From contig CAVUDP010000002.1 of the NCBI GenBank assembly GCA_963740315.1, positions 1,504,001-1,568,000 of the forward strand: a DNA stretch of 64,000 nucleotides, given 5' to 3'. This DNA is from an uncultured cyanobacterium. GTDB taxonomy: Bacteria; Cyanobacteriota; Cyanobacteriia; Cyanobacteriales; Nostocaceae. Of this stretch, positions 10,015 through 19,965 are shown piece after piece. The translations under genes were made by a program, and so were the position numbers. The first letter of the stretch is position 1, and each line of letters starts with the position of its first letter. The notes under the pieces are model-generated. The model made no database searches. It was not told the origin of the DNA and saw only the letters and a program-made list of their open reading frames with translations.

Positions 10015-10044
10015 TAATGCGGTATAGCTAAGCTTACCGCATTA
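10015..10044. terminator. Hairpin between convergent genes, probable bidirectional terminator
   Basis: TAATGCGGTA-N10-TACCGCATTA inverted repeat. Confidence 0.55.
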
Positions 10045-10058
10045 AGAATTAATAGAAA

Positions 10059-11012
10059 TTACACTGTTTGATTTGCTTGCAACCACTTAAGTAAATCATC
10101 AATAGTTGTAAAATCTAACAAAGTTTCACCAAGAGTTTCTAACTTTTCTACCGAAAGAGTTTGAATTTCTTCAATAACCTCTTGTGGCAATTCTCCAATC
10201 CGTCTTTTTAGTAGTTTTAGAACGAGGGTTTGCTCACCTTCTTGTTTTCCCCGTTCGTAACCAATGCGCTCGCCCGTGGTAATGTAGCTCATAGTACGCT
10301 CCTGTTCAAACTCCTTAAATTCTTCCCAAAATTCTGCTTCCAAGGCTTTTGGTAAAATCATAACCCAATCGATAAACCGATACAGGTTACGAATATCTCT
10401 TTCCTGCAATCCTAATTCATACAATCGTCGAATCAAGCTGAATTTCCAAACTTTGCGCTCTCCGAGTTTTTTGCTTGTCTCCTGGGTTTTCAAATGCGCC
10501 ATGACAACAATTGCAAATAGATTATCGCTGTTTTCTAATTCCTGCCAGCGATTTCGATAATCCAGCAGTTTAACGGTTCCAAATTCAAAGTTAAGTTTGG
10601 TGTCGGGATAATTATAACTGTATTGATTTGGTCGCCAATTGGGATCTGTGTCGCACAAAATTGCTAAACTGATGGCTGGTTTGCCAAATCAATCAAAAAT
10701 TCGCAGGTTATAAGAAAACATTCTTTGGGAAAAAATATCTTCTGGATTCCCTTGGATTTCAACATGGATTAACAGCCAAATTTCTTCACCTCCAATATGC
10801 CAAACCTTGACTAATTTATCTGCATATCTTCTTCCTTGTTCGGCATTACGAGCTATTTGCTGAAATTCCTTATCAAGAAATTCGTGGGGACGTTCCCAAT
10901 CTATTAATGCTGCTGTTTCGGGAAAGAAAAATTGCATTGCTTGAGGAAAATATGCTTCTAATATTTCTTTCCACGGACTATCATTATCTGCTCTTTCTAT
11001 TTCTTCATTCAT
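10059..11012 (-). pseudogene. Rpn/YhgA-like nuclease with C-terminal DUF4351, split by an in-frame TGA
   Basis: 'DSPWKEILE', 'FLDKEF', 'ADKLVKV', 'HVEIQ'; reads ...LRIFD*FGKPAISLAILCD... in one frame (stop at 10689-10691); DUF4351-like tail 'LSVEKLETLGETLLDF'. Confidence 0.85.
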
Positions 11013-11189
11013 GATTTATTGGTAGATGCTATAACTTTTTTATTTTTAATTCTGCACCGTTAGATAATATATTACTGTTAAATATATTATCCAATTTTAC
11101 ATAGCATTATTCTAGCTTTTTTATCATTTGTTAATAACTGGAAAAGCAAATAACATTTATTTAAGTTCTATTTAATCAAAAACAACATT

Positions 11190-11933
11190 ATGCTAAATAT
11201 CAACGATGAATCCGTTCTTGATAGTTGGAATCAAAATGCATCGGCTTGGATAACTGCTATAGAAAATGAAGAGATTGCAAGTAGAAAAATAGTTACAAAT
11301 AAAGCGATTATCGATGCAATTACAGGTTATTCTCCTTCAAATATTCTCGATATCGGATGTGGTGAAGGTTGGTTGACTCGCGAATTAACTATTAAGGGGA
11401 TGGAAGCTTGGGGTGTTGATGGAGTTTCTCAATTAATTGCAAAAGCGCAGTTGATGAATTGTGGAAAGTTTCAAGTTGCTTCCTACGAAGATATTGTAAA
11501 TAAGATCCCCCCAACCCCCCTTACAAAAGGGGGGCTTTCTATTTCTCAGGAATCTATTATGAAACAGGGGCTTTTTTCAGGTAGTAAATTTGATGCTGTT
11601 GTTTGCAATTTTTCTCTTTTAGGAAAAGAAACTGTAGATAATTTAATTCGTTCGATTCCTCGTTTATTAAAGAATAATCAATTATTATTTATTCAAACGC
11701 TTCATCCGGCGATCGGTTGTGGGGAATTACCATTAATTGATGGATGGAGACAGGAATTATGGGACGGTTTTAATTCGGATTTTAAACAAGCAGCACCTTG
11801 GTATTTTCGTAAGCTGGAAACCTGGATAACTTTGCTGAAATCTTCGGGTTTTTCAATTTTAGAATGTCGAGAGCCGATTAATTCAATTACTCAAAAACCT
11901 GCTTCAATTATTTTTATCGCTGCTTGTAATTAA
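11190..11933 (+). CDS. Class I SAM-dependent methyltransferase
   Basis: 'ILDIGCGEGW', 'FDAVVCNFSL', 'IQTLHP'; carries an in-frame repeat-derived insert (KIPPTPLTKGG). Confidence 0.88.
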   Translation: MLNINDESVLDSWNQNASAWITAIENEEIASRKIVTNKAIIDAITGYSPSNILDIGCGEGWLTRELTIKGMEAWGVDGVSQLIAKAQLMNCGKFQVASYEDIVNKIPPTPLTKGGLSISQESIMKQGLFSGSKFDAVVCNFSLLGKETVDNLIRSIPRLLKNNQLLFIQTLHPAIGCGELPLIDGWRQELWDGFNSDFKQAAPWYFRKLETWITLLKSSGFSILECREPINSITQKPASIIFIAACN

Positions 11934-12166
11934 TAAATCTCTTAATATGTAGGGTGTGTGACGGATAAAATAAATCATAAAGCATAACGAAAAATTAATT
12001 CATTCCCTCACGCACCAATCAATTAGTTGACTTGTTGCTAAATTGCTTGTAATTAATAAATCTCTTAATATGTAGGGTGTGTGACGGATAAAATAAATCA
12101 TAAAGCATAACGAAAAATTAATTCATTCCGTCACGCACCAATCAATTAGTTGACTTGTTGCTAAAT
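11921..12166. repeat. Tandem duplication, 2 x 123 bp, each containing a GTAGGGTG...CACGCACC palindromic element
   Basis: 11921-12043 and 12044-12166 are identical except at about one base. Confidence 0.92.
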
Positions 12167-12201
12167 GTTTCAATATCGCAGTCAAATTATAAAGCGAAAA
12201 A

Positions 12202-13011
12202 ATGTCAGTATTGGGTAATTTAGTTGCTGGAGTTGCCCATGAAACTAATAACCCAATTGGCTTTATTGATGGTAATTTACATCATGCAAATGAATATATT
12301 CAAGATTTAGTCGATCGCTTGAAGCTATATCATCAACATTATCCAAAACCAGTATTAGAAATTAAAGAAAATGCCGAAACAATTGATTTAGATTTTCTGC
12401 TGGAAGACTTACCCAAAATGGTTAATTCCATGAAATTGGGAACCGAGAGAATTCGCGATATTAGTACTTCTCTGAGAACTTTTTCTAGAGCAGATACCGA
12501 TAAAAAAACTAGCTTTGATATTCATGCAGGTATTGACAGTACAATTTTAATTTTAAAGCATCGTTTAAAAGCTAATGAGAAGCGTCCAGAAATTGAAATA
12601 ATTAAAAACTATGGAAATTTATCAAAAGTTGATTGTTTTCCAGGTCAGTTAAATCAAGTTTTTATGAATATTTTGGCGAATGCGATCGATGCATTAGATG
12701 ATTATAATATTGGACGCAGTTTTGAAGAAATTAAAGAACAGCCAAATCAAATTACAATTTCTACTGAAGAATTAATCGGAAAAAATCAGATTGCTATTTA
12801 TATCCAGGATAATGGATCGGGTATCCCGGAAGGTGTAAAAATGCAGATATTTGACCATTTATTTACTACTAAAGGTGTTGGCAACGGAACTGGATTAGGT
12901 TTATCGATCGCACGACAAATTGTAGAAGACAAACATCAAGGTTCTCTTGAATGTATTTCTAATATTGGTAAGGGAACTGAGTTTATTATTAAAATTTCGA
13001 TTCGGGATTGA
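12202..13011 (+). pseudogene. Sensor histidine kinase C-terminal part (HisKA + HATPase) lacking sensor domains
   Basis: '(SEK)MSVLGNLVAGVAHETNNP', 'QLNQVFMNILANAIDA', 'DNGSGI', 'FTTKGVGNGTGLGLSI'; the upstream frame is closed just before SEKM. Confidence 0.75.
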
Positions 13012-13156
13012 TTGTATGGGGAAAGGGAATTGAGAGCAATCTGCCAGGGGTTGCAAACCCCTGTCTAATAGCAAAAGTCCTATGAATAGGACTAGAATAC
13101 AAGCCGCCATAATAAATGAAAAGAACTACTAATTCATTTCATTTATTCTGATAGGT

Positions 13157-13207
13157 TGTAGAGACGTTATACATAACGTCTCCCAAAGTTTATCGGGAAA
13201 ACGAACC
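13157..13207. repeat. GTAGAGACG...CGTCTC palindromic repeat family
   Basis: Near reverse complement of 61402-61455; related copies at ~35873, ~49157 and ~49273. Confidence 0.75.
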
Positions 13208-13383
13208 ACTTAAAACTAATGAAAAGGACTACCATTGGTTGGTGTGTCCTATTAATACTGATGGGTTTACGTAGTGTGTTAGCCCTCAAAACTTATGTGG
13301 TGAAGTACCAGTATAAATCTTAGTCAGTTAAAGTTATTTAATTTAAAAAATTGATGAAAATATAGTTGTAGAGTTGACTAAAT

Positions 13384-14931
13384 CTATTCTTCAACACCCA
13401 CTACCGCAGTTTTCCCTTCAATTCCATACCTACTTACACCGGAAACGGCAATATTTTCAATTTGCATATCATTTACAAAATAGGAATTTTTATTCCCAGG
13501 TAAAATCTTGGTAGTCCATTCATCACCTTTTTTCAATTGCACTACCCACGACTGAATCTGTTGCTTGCTCTTAGGTTGCCAATAAAGTCTTATTTGTCCT
13601 AATTTCTTATCTTGAACAATTTGTAATTCGGGTTTTTTGGGTTGAGTGTCGTTTAACCAAGGTGATGCGGGAATTAATGCTGGTTTAACGTAAACTTCCT
13701 CTTTCAAAACATCGGCAATTCCTTTACGATTTTGCATCAAGGCTTTCATGCTGAAGTGAATATTACCACCAGTTTTGCTAAAACCTCGCATTATTCTGAT
13801 TTGATAAGCTATCTCGCTCGCATCCCAACCTTTACCTTTCTCATTCTGAATGCGACTCGTATAAATTCCAGGAAAAATGCTTCTGTTTTTTGTATTTTGA
13901 CTCAACCACCAATTCAATAACACCGGATAACTTTGTGCTGTTTGTTCAATTTTCCAATAAAGCTGTGGTGAAAGATAATCTAACCAACCTTGTTGCAACC
14001 ATTTACGAGAATCTGCATAAATCTGCTCGTAAGCGTTGAAACCTCTTCCACTACTATCTATATTAGTAATTCTTTCTGGATAACCCGGTTGCCAAACTCC
14101 AAAAGGACTAATACCAATTTTTACCCAAGGTTTCTCTTTCTTAACGCTGCCATACATCCGTTTAACGAAAGTATTAATATTCTCTCTTCTCCAATCAGCA
14201 CGATTTAACTTTCCTCCCGCTTTTAAATATTTCTGCCAGCTAATATCATCCGGAAAATCTATCAACTTACCTTGCTCGTCGCGTTGCGGATAGGGATAGA
14301 AATAATCGTCGATGTGAACACCATCAATATCGTAACGACGAACAACATCTAAAATTACTTTCAAAGAATAATCTTGAACTTGCTTTTCACCAGGATCTAA
14401 CCACAGATATTTACCGTATTTTTTCACAAACTCCGGTCTTGTTTTACTGATATGATTTGCAGAAATAGGTGATATTGTTTCGGGATGATGGGCGCGATAG
14501 GGATTAAACCAAGCGTGTAATTCCAAGCCTCGTTTGTGCGCTTCTTTAACGGCAAATTCCAAAGGATCGTAAAATGGTTGTGGTGGTTTTCCCATTTCTC
14601 CGCTAAGGAATTCCGACCAAGGTTCGTAGGGAGATGCGTATAAAGCATCACTCAAAGGGCGAATTTGAAAAACTACGGCGTTTAAGTTCATATCAGCCGC
14701 TTTATCAAGCATGGCAATCAATTCAGCCTTTTGTTCTTCAGTTGTTAATCCGGGTTTTGACGGAAAATCGATATTTGCAACGGTAGCAATCCATGCAGCA
14801 CGAAACTCTCTGGTAACAGTCGGGGGTTTAATTTCTTGTTTGCTCGGCTTTGATTGAGAATAAACTGGGGAAGCAATTCCAACTAACAGTACGCTAATTA
14901 GAATTGCTTTGGTTTTAAGGATAGATGTCAT
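13384..14931 (-). CDS. Secreted glycoside hydrolase-like 10 (GHL10/YddW-DigH family) protein
   Basis: Signal peptide; 'REFRAAWIATVANID', 'LELHAWFNPYR', 'DGVHIDDYFYPY', 'PQLYW'. Confidence 0.9.
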   Translation of the reverse strand: MTSILKTKAILISVLLVGIASPVYSQSKPSKQEIKPPTVTREFRAAWIATVANIDFPSKPGLTTEEQKAELIAMLDKAADMNLNAVVFQIRPLSDALYASPYEPWSEFLSGEMGKPPQPFYDPLEFAVKEAHKRGLELHAWFNPYRAHHPETISPISANHISKTRPEFVKKYGKYLWLDPGEKQVQDYSLKVILDVVRRYDIDGVHIDDYFYPYPQRDEQGKLIDFPDDISWQKYLKAGGKLNRADWRRENINTFVKRMYGSVKKEKPWVKIGISPFGVWQPGYPERITNIDSSGRGFNAYEQIYADSRKWLQQGWLDYLSPQLYWKIEQTAQSYPVLLNWWLSQNTKNRSIFPGIYTSRIQNEKGKGWDASEIAYQIRIMRGFSKTGGNIHFSMKALMQNRKGIADVLKEEVYVKPALIPASPWLNDTQPKKPELQIVQDKKLGQIRLYWQPKSKQQIQSWVVQLKKGDEWTTKILPGNKNSYFVNDMQIENIAVSGVSRYGIEGKTAVVGVEE

Positions 14932-14990
14932 ATTCTGCCACAGGGAGACTCACCACCTAGATAAGATTTACATTTAGGGGTGAAAGTTCC

Positions 14991-15224
14991 TTAAAATTCC
15001 CCAAGATTATCTAATATTTTATCTATTCCGGTAACGGTAGCGAGGATACCAAAAGATATTGATAATAATAAAGTGCCGATTATTCCTTGAAGTAAGGGAA
15101 TATTCACGTGAAAATAAATTGAACAAAGCCAAGATATTGTTGCGATGAAGAGTCCGATTAATAAACCTATTGAAAATCGTTTGATCTTTAATGGTTGAGA
15201 ATTCATTTTTAGAATATAGGTCAA
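14991..15224 (-). CDS. Small two-TM membrane protein (tandem paralog 1)
   Basis: Two hydrophobic helices; similar to 15286-15492; probable start at MNSQ. Confidence 0.65.
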   Translation of the reverse strand: MTYILKMNSQPLKIKRFSIGLLIGLFIATISWLCSIYFHVNIPLLQGIIGTLLLSISFGILATVTGIDKILDNLGEF

Positions 15225-15285
15225 CTACAAGATTATTTTAACGAAGTCAACAGTTTTGTACTAATGACTTTAGTCATCTTCATTT

Positions 15286-15492
15286 TTATAAATCTGGTGG
15301 TAAATTATCTAATACTTTGTCTATTCCAACGAATACTAAGAGAATACCAAAAGAGATTGCTAACAATGAACTACCGATAATTCCTTTAAGCAAAGAAATT
15401 GAGATATTAAAGTAGATTGATTGAACCCAAAATAATCCTGCGATAAAAAGTCCGATTAATATACCGATTCCAAATAAGAATGAGAGTATCAA
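15286..15492 (-). CDS. Small two-TM membrane protein (tandem paralog 2, possibly frameshifted at the 5' end)
   Basis: Shares 'GIIG..LL.ISFGIL....GIDK.LDNL' and ~85 bp of 5' sequence with paralog 1; its MNSQ ATG is out of frame with the body. Confidence 0.55.
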   Translation of the reverse strand: MILSFLFGIGILIGLFIAGLFWVQSIYFNISISLLKGIIGSSLLAISFGILLVFVGIDKVLDNLPPDL

Positions 15493-15584
15493 ATTTATCT
15501 GATGCTTGAGAATTCATTTTTAGAATATAGGTCAAATACAAGATTATTGTAACGAAGTCAACTGGTTTGTAGTAATGACTTTAG

Positions 15585-15689
15585 TCATCTATCTTCCCCA
15601 GCTGCTTTAAAAGTTAGCAAGTCAACACCAAACCAGTAAGGAGAAGCTTTTCCAGGTTCCATAATTAAACCTTTTTGATTAATAGTCAT
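15585..15689 (-). pseudogene. Cupin / quercetin dioxygenase-like N-terminal remnant
   Basis: RBS GAGGG then MTINQKGLIMEPGKASPYWFGVDLLTFKAAGEDR*; resembles cupin N-termini (YW..G.L.TFKA.GED) and is cut at the duplication edge. Confidence 0.55.
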
Positions 15690-15777
15690 GATTTTCCCTC
15701 TCATTTGCATTCAAATTTTAGAACATTTGAAGAAATTTTTGTGCGAAAAGAAGGGAACCAAAGCCCTTACTACGAAC

Positions 15778-16653
15778 TTATATGGAATTCAAAGCTGTAA
15801 TTTCATCTTCTGTCAATTGAATATCCGCAGCTTTAATGTTCTCTTCCATGTGAGCAATAGTTGTCGTTCCCGGAATCAAGATAATATTTGGCGCACGATG
15901 CAGCAACCACGCTAAAGCAATTTGATTGGGTTTTACTCCATGTTTTTCGGCAATATCTGCAATAATTCCTTCTGCATTCGCTAAAGGTGCGCCCTGTTTA
16001 AGAGGATGTGCGTCTAATGAGCCGTAGGGAAGAAATGCAATCTGATGTTGAGTACAGTATAAGAATGTATCTTCGTTTTGGCGATTGGTAATACTAAACC
16101 GATTTTGCACCGAAGCAATTTCAACAATATTCCTCGCTTCTTTAATTTGCTCTAGATTTACATTAGATATACCAATGTGACGGATTTTTCCTTCTTGCTT
16201 CATTTGCGCTAATGCACCAATTGATTCGGCAAACGGTACTTTAGAATCGGGACGATGCAATTGATACAGGTCTATTTGTTCTAATTTCAATCTTTTGAGA
16301 CTGCCTTCGACACCACTACGCAGATATTCCGGGCTTCCATCGGCTTTAATGTTATCTGGAGAGGGTTTATCAATGCCTCCCTTAGTTGCAATAACTACGC
16401 CTTCTTTATATGGATGTAACGCTGAAGCAATGATTTCTTCGTTGTAACCGGGGCCGTAAGCTTCGGCGGTATCGATAAAGTTTACACCTAATTCAACTGC
16501 ACGTTGTAAAAGCTTTTCTCCTGCTTCCCAATCTGGGTAAGCTCCAAAATTTCCCGGTTTTCCAGTGAGTCGCATTGCTCCGTAACCGATACGGTTTACT
16601 GTTATATCTTTGGCTATTGTAAATGTTTGAGAAACTGATGAGGTTGGGTTCAT
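15778..16653 (-). CDS. Aldo/keto reductase
   Basis: 'GYGAMRL', 'DTAEAYG', 'IDLYQLHRPD', 'PGTTTIAHMEEN'. Confidence 0.93.
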   Translation of the reverse strand: MNPTSSVSQTFTIAKDITVNRIGYGAMRLTGKPGNFGAYPDWEAGEKLLQRAVELGVNFIDTAEAYGPGYNEEIIASALHPYKEGVVIATKGGIDKPSPDNIKADGSPEYLRSGVEGSLKRLKLEQIDLYQLHRPDSKVPFAESIGALAQMKQEGKIRHIGISNVNLEQIKEARNIVEIASVQNRFSITNRQNEDTFLYCTQHQIAFLPYGSLDAHPLKQGAPLANAEGIIADIAEKHGVKPNQIALAWLLHRAPNIILIPGTTTIAHMEENIKAADIQLTEDEITALNSI

Positions 16654-16748
16654 GGTTTTGTTTTTAATTGATTATTGTTATTTACTAGGTTCGTAGTAAG
16701 GACTTTAGTCCTCGGACTTAGGGCTTAAGCCCTTACTACGAACCAATA

Positions 16749-17750
16749 TTAAATCTCAACGATCGCTTTACCAATCATCTTGCCGCTATCTTGAGCTTCG
16801 TGAGCGGCAGCAAGTTCTGTTAATGGGAATCGTTGAGCAATGTTATGATGCAATGCACCTGCTTTTAATGCAGCAGTAATATCCCGAATCGCTGCCTGTT
16901 TGGCTTCTTCAGGCATGGTATAAACCAATATTGTACGGATGATAATATTTCTCATCATTAATGACAAAATTGGTAAAGCGGGAGCATCATCTGGATTCGC
17001 TGAATACATCGCCACTCCACCATTAGTACGCAAAACTGCATCGGCTACGAACAAATTCTGACTAAAATCAACGTCAACAATACGATTAATTCCCCGTTTT
17101 TTACCAGTAATTTCTTGGATGCGTTTGACTACATCTTCATTCTTATAGTTGATGATGTAATCTGCACCCGCAGTTTTAGCAATTTCTGCTTTTTCGGGAG
17201 TACTCACGGTAGTAATTACAGTTGCACCACCATATTTACCCCACTGCACCGCATAGTTACCCACGGCACCCGCTCCCCCAGTTACCAAAATTGTCTGTCC
17301 TTTTACCTCACCATCTGCGAAAACAGCACGATGAGCAGTCATTGCGGGAACTCCCAAACAAGCACCTTCAGCAAAGCTGGTATTATCTGGTAAGGTAACG
17401 GCTTTTTCGCCCTGTATGACAACATATTCCGCACCAGTGCCAAACGCTCTACCTAATTGCGCTTCATAAATCCAAACTCGTTCTCCAATACGAGAATTAT
17501 TCACGTTTTCACCAACACTTTCAATTACTCCAGCACCATCTTGATGGGGAATTATTCTTTCAAATTTCTGCTCGATACCACCCCAGCCACCACGGGATTT
17601 TGTATCGGATGGATTGACACCCGAAGCATGGATTTTGACTCGTACTTCACCAGCACCGGGTTCGGGTATTGGCATTTGTTGATATTGAATTACCTCTTTT
17701 GCTGCACCAAGTTTTTCGTAATAAGCAGCTTGCATTAATTGTTCGCTCAT
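16749..17750 (-). CDS. NADPH:quinone reductase (MDR/zeta-crystallin family)
   Basis: 'GVNPSDTKSR', 'IPHQDGAG', 'VTGGAGAVG', 'AAAHEA...GKAIV'. Confidence 0.92.
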   Translation of the reverse strand: MSEQLMQAAYYEKLGAAKEVIQYQQMPIPEPGAGEVRVKIHASGVNPSDTKSRGGWGGIEQKFERIIPHQDGAGVIESVGENVNNSRIGERVWIYEAQLGRAFGTGAEYVVIQGEKAVTLPDNTSFAEGACLGVPAMTAHRAVFADGEVKGQTILVTGGAGAVGNYAVQWGKYGGATVITTVSTPEKAEIAKTAGADYIINYKNEDVVKRIQEITGKKRGINRIVDVDFSQNLFVADAVLRTNGGVAMYSANPDDAPALPILSLMMRNIIIRTILVYTMPEEAKQAAIRDITAALKAGALHHNIAQRFPLTELAAAHEAQDSGKMIGKAIVEI

Positions 17751-17814
17751 GATTAGTACCTCAGTTGAAAATAATATTTAATATCAAAGTTTGCATCGGA
17801 ATGATTTATTTTTT

Positions 17815-17855
17815 AACGCAGAGGAGCGCAAAGGTACACGCAGAGGAACGCAAAG
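17815..17855. repeat. AACGCAGAGGAGCGCAAAGG dispersed repeat family
   Basis: Same 20-mer at ~40691; reverse-complement relatives at ~30371 and inside the kinase gene at ~31848. Confidence 0.7.
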
Positions 17856-17871
17856 TTTTTTAGATCCGACA

Positions 17872-18570
17872 CTAATAAGATATTACTTTGCGATCGCGCC
17901 AATATTTCCCCGTCTCCTCGCGGGGTGCAACAGTAGCCAACCAAATCGCTGTATCTGCACCCTGCTCTGGTGTCCGAGGTGCGCTATCTCCACCCATATC
18001 AGTTTTCACCCAACCGGGGCATATGGCATTCACGGCAATTTTCTCTGAGCGTAAGGCTTGCGCTAACATAATTGTTGACCCATTCAATGCTAATTTTGAT
18101 AAACAGTAGCTGGGATAGTCAGCAGACAATCCATCAATTTCGCCGAAACCGCTAGAAACATTAATTACTCTGGCATCAAGTGATTTTTTCAACAGCGGTA
18201 AAAATGTCTGTACCATGCGAATCGCTCCGAAGGTATTGGTATTAAAGGTTGTTACTAAAAGTTCGCGATCGATAGTGAGAATATTTACGCCTTCGTCCGG
18301 ATATATACCTGCATTGTTAATCAAGACATCTAATTGATTTACCTGTTGCTGCAAACTTCCTAACGCTTTATTAATAGAATTATCATCAGCAACGTCTAAT
18401 TCTATAGATATAACTTTACCATTTGAATTTAATTTTTCAGCAGCCTGCTTTGCTTTATCGAGAGAACGAGAAGTAATGATTACCTGATAACCTTTTTGCA
18501 GTAAACCTTGAGTAATCGCAAATCCAATTCCTCGATTACCACCCGTTACTAATGCAATTTTGCTTTCCAT
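17872..18570 (-). CDS. SDR family oxidoreductase (carbonyl reductase-like)
   Basis: 'VTGGNRGIG', 'INNAG', 'YCLSK', 'CPGWVKTDMGG'. Confidence 0.93.
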   Translation of the reverse strand: MESKIALVTGGNRGIGFAITQGLLQKGYQVIITSRSLDKAKQAAEKLNSNGKVISIELDVADDNSINKALGSLQQQVNQLDVLINNAGIYPDEGVNILTIDRELLVTTFNTNTFGAIRMVQTFLPLLKKSLDARVINVSSGFGEIDGLSADYPSYCLSKLALNGSTIMLAQALRSEKIAVNAICPGWVKTDMGGDSAPRTPEQGADTAIWLATVAPREETGKYWRDRKVISY

Positions 18571-19592
18571 TTTTTATTACTTGTTGTTAAACAGTAACGA
18601 TAATTTTCCCCCAAAAGCTGGTTAGATTCCATGTAGCGATGTGCTTCAACGATATTATCTAAAGTAAACTTTTGAGAATCAATTACGGGCTTAAGTTTAC
18701 CCGAATTCAAATTATCGTAAACATAATTTTTACTCTTCTCCAATCGTTCCGGATTACCCGTAATTTCAAGTACCGTGTAACCTTGAATTTTCAATCCTTT
18801 ACTCAAAGCAGTCATTAAAGGAAAAGGTGTACTACCAACTTCCATACTTAATGCACCGTACACAAAAATAGTTGCACCAATCGCTGCTGCTTCTGCTAAT
18901 TTCTCTACAAACGAACCTGCAATCGGGTCAAAAATTAAATCTGCTCCATGTCCGGAAGTAATTTCCATTACCTTGCTAACTAAATCTTCCTCTTGAGTTG
19001 CAATAACGTAATCCGCTCCCGCATCCAGCAGTTTTTGTTTCTTCGCCGAGGTTCTAGTAGTTGCGATCGCAATTCCCCCCGCTGCTTTAACTAACTGAAT
19101 TGCTGAGTAACCCACACTACTACTAGCTGCGGTAATTACTACATAATCTCCCGCTTTCATCTGACCGTAATAATTTAAAGCACCGTAAGCTGTGAGATAT
19201 TGCATCCAAATTGCCGTACCTTGCTCAAATGATAACTGTTCCGGAAAAGGAGCAACTACTTGAGCGGGAACGATTGCGCTTTCTCCATACAGTCCATAGT
19301 TGCTCATTTTGGCTCCTGGTGAAGGAATAGTACTAACTTTGTCACCGATTTTAATTCCCTCAACTCCAGCACCAACTGCGTCAACAATTCCCGATGCTTC
19401 GTAACCAATGCGAGAAGGTAAAGTGGGTTGTTCTAAATATGCACCTTGACGAAACATTACTTCGGCTCGGTTTAGTCCAATTGCTTTAACTTGTAACCGT
19501 ACTTCACCTTCTTTGGGTTCAGATTGAGATAAATCTTCAATTTTCAAAACTTCTGCATCACCAATTTCGTGAAAGCGAACAATTTTAACCAT
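18549..19592 (-). CDS. MDR family (zinc-type alcohol dehydrogenase-like) oxidoreductase; probable +1 frameshift in the last codons
   Basis: 'IGLNRAEVMFR', 'ITAASSSVG', 'EAHRYMESNQ'; the expected end GKIIVTV* (stop at 18587) is in another frame after a G5 run. Confidence 0.9.
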   Translation of the reverse strand: MVKIVRFHEIGDAEVLKIEDLSQSEPKEGEVRLQVKAIGLNRAEVMFRQGAYLEQPTLPSRIGYEASGIVDAVGAGVEGIKIGDKVSTIPSPGAKMSNYGLYGESAIVPAQVVAPFPEQLSFEQGTAIWMQYLTAYGALNYYGQMKAGDYVVITAASSSVGYSAIQLVKAAGGIAIATTRTSAKKQKLLDAGADYVIATQEEDLVSKVMEITSGHGADLIFDPIAGSFVEKLAEAAAIGATIFVYGALSMEVGSTPFPLMTALSKGLKIQGYTVLEITGNPERLEKSKNYVYDNLNSGKLKPVIDSQKFTLDNIVEAHRYMESNQLLGENYRYCLTTSNKKWKAKLH

Positions 19593-19628
19593 GATGTTTC
19601 TCCTGGAATTTACTTTTGGAAGCTTTGA

Positions 19629-19745
19629 TTAATATTGCAATTCCTCGCGATGCTTTTCTACAAATTCTTTCCAGCTAGTAGGTTTACTTCCCGTAATTGC
19701 TTCAAAATTATCAAATGTCGCGTCAGCATTGGGAATTTTGTTAGC
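19629..19745 (-). pseudogene. NmrA/atypical SDR-like C-terminal remnant
   Basis: ANKIPNADATFDNFEAITGSKPTSWKEFVEKHREELQY* resembles NmrA-family C-termini (ITG..P..W.EF...HR); no upstream body. Confidence 0.55.
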
Positions 19746-19965
19746 AATATTTAATTTGAATTGAGTATACTTACTTATAATCTTTTTTCCTGTTCCCTAT
19801 TCCCCGTTCCCTAATTATCTAATCAAATTAAAAACCCGGCTTCTTGATAAAAACCGGGTTTATTGAAACCTAAAATTATTAAAACTAATATATAATTGCT
19901 ATATTTAGCTACCGTATTTTTTCTGCGATTCTTTTAAAAATACGGTTAAAGCCTTGATAACATTA

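Noticed and set aside
10689..10691. In-frame TGA as selenocysteine or an alternative genetic code
   Set aside because: The position is not a catalytic Cys site, no SECIS-like hairpin is evident, and TGA serves as a normal stop in many genes here.
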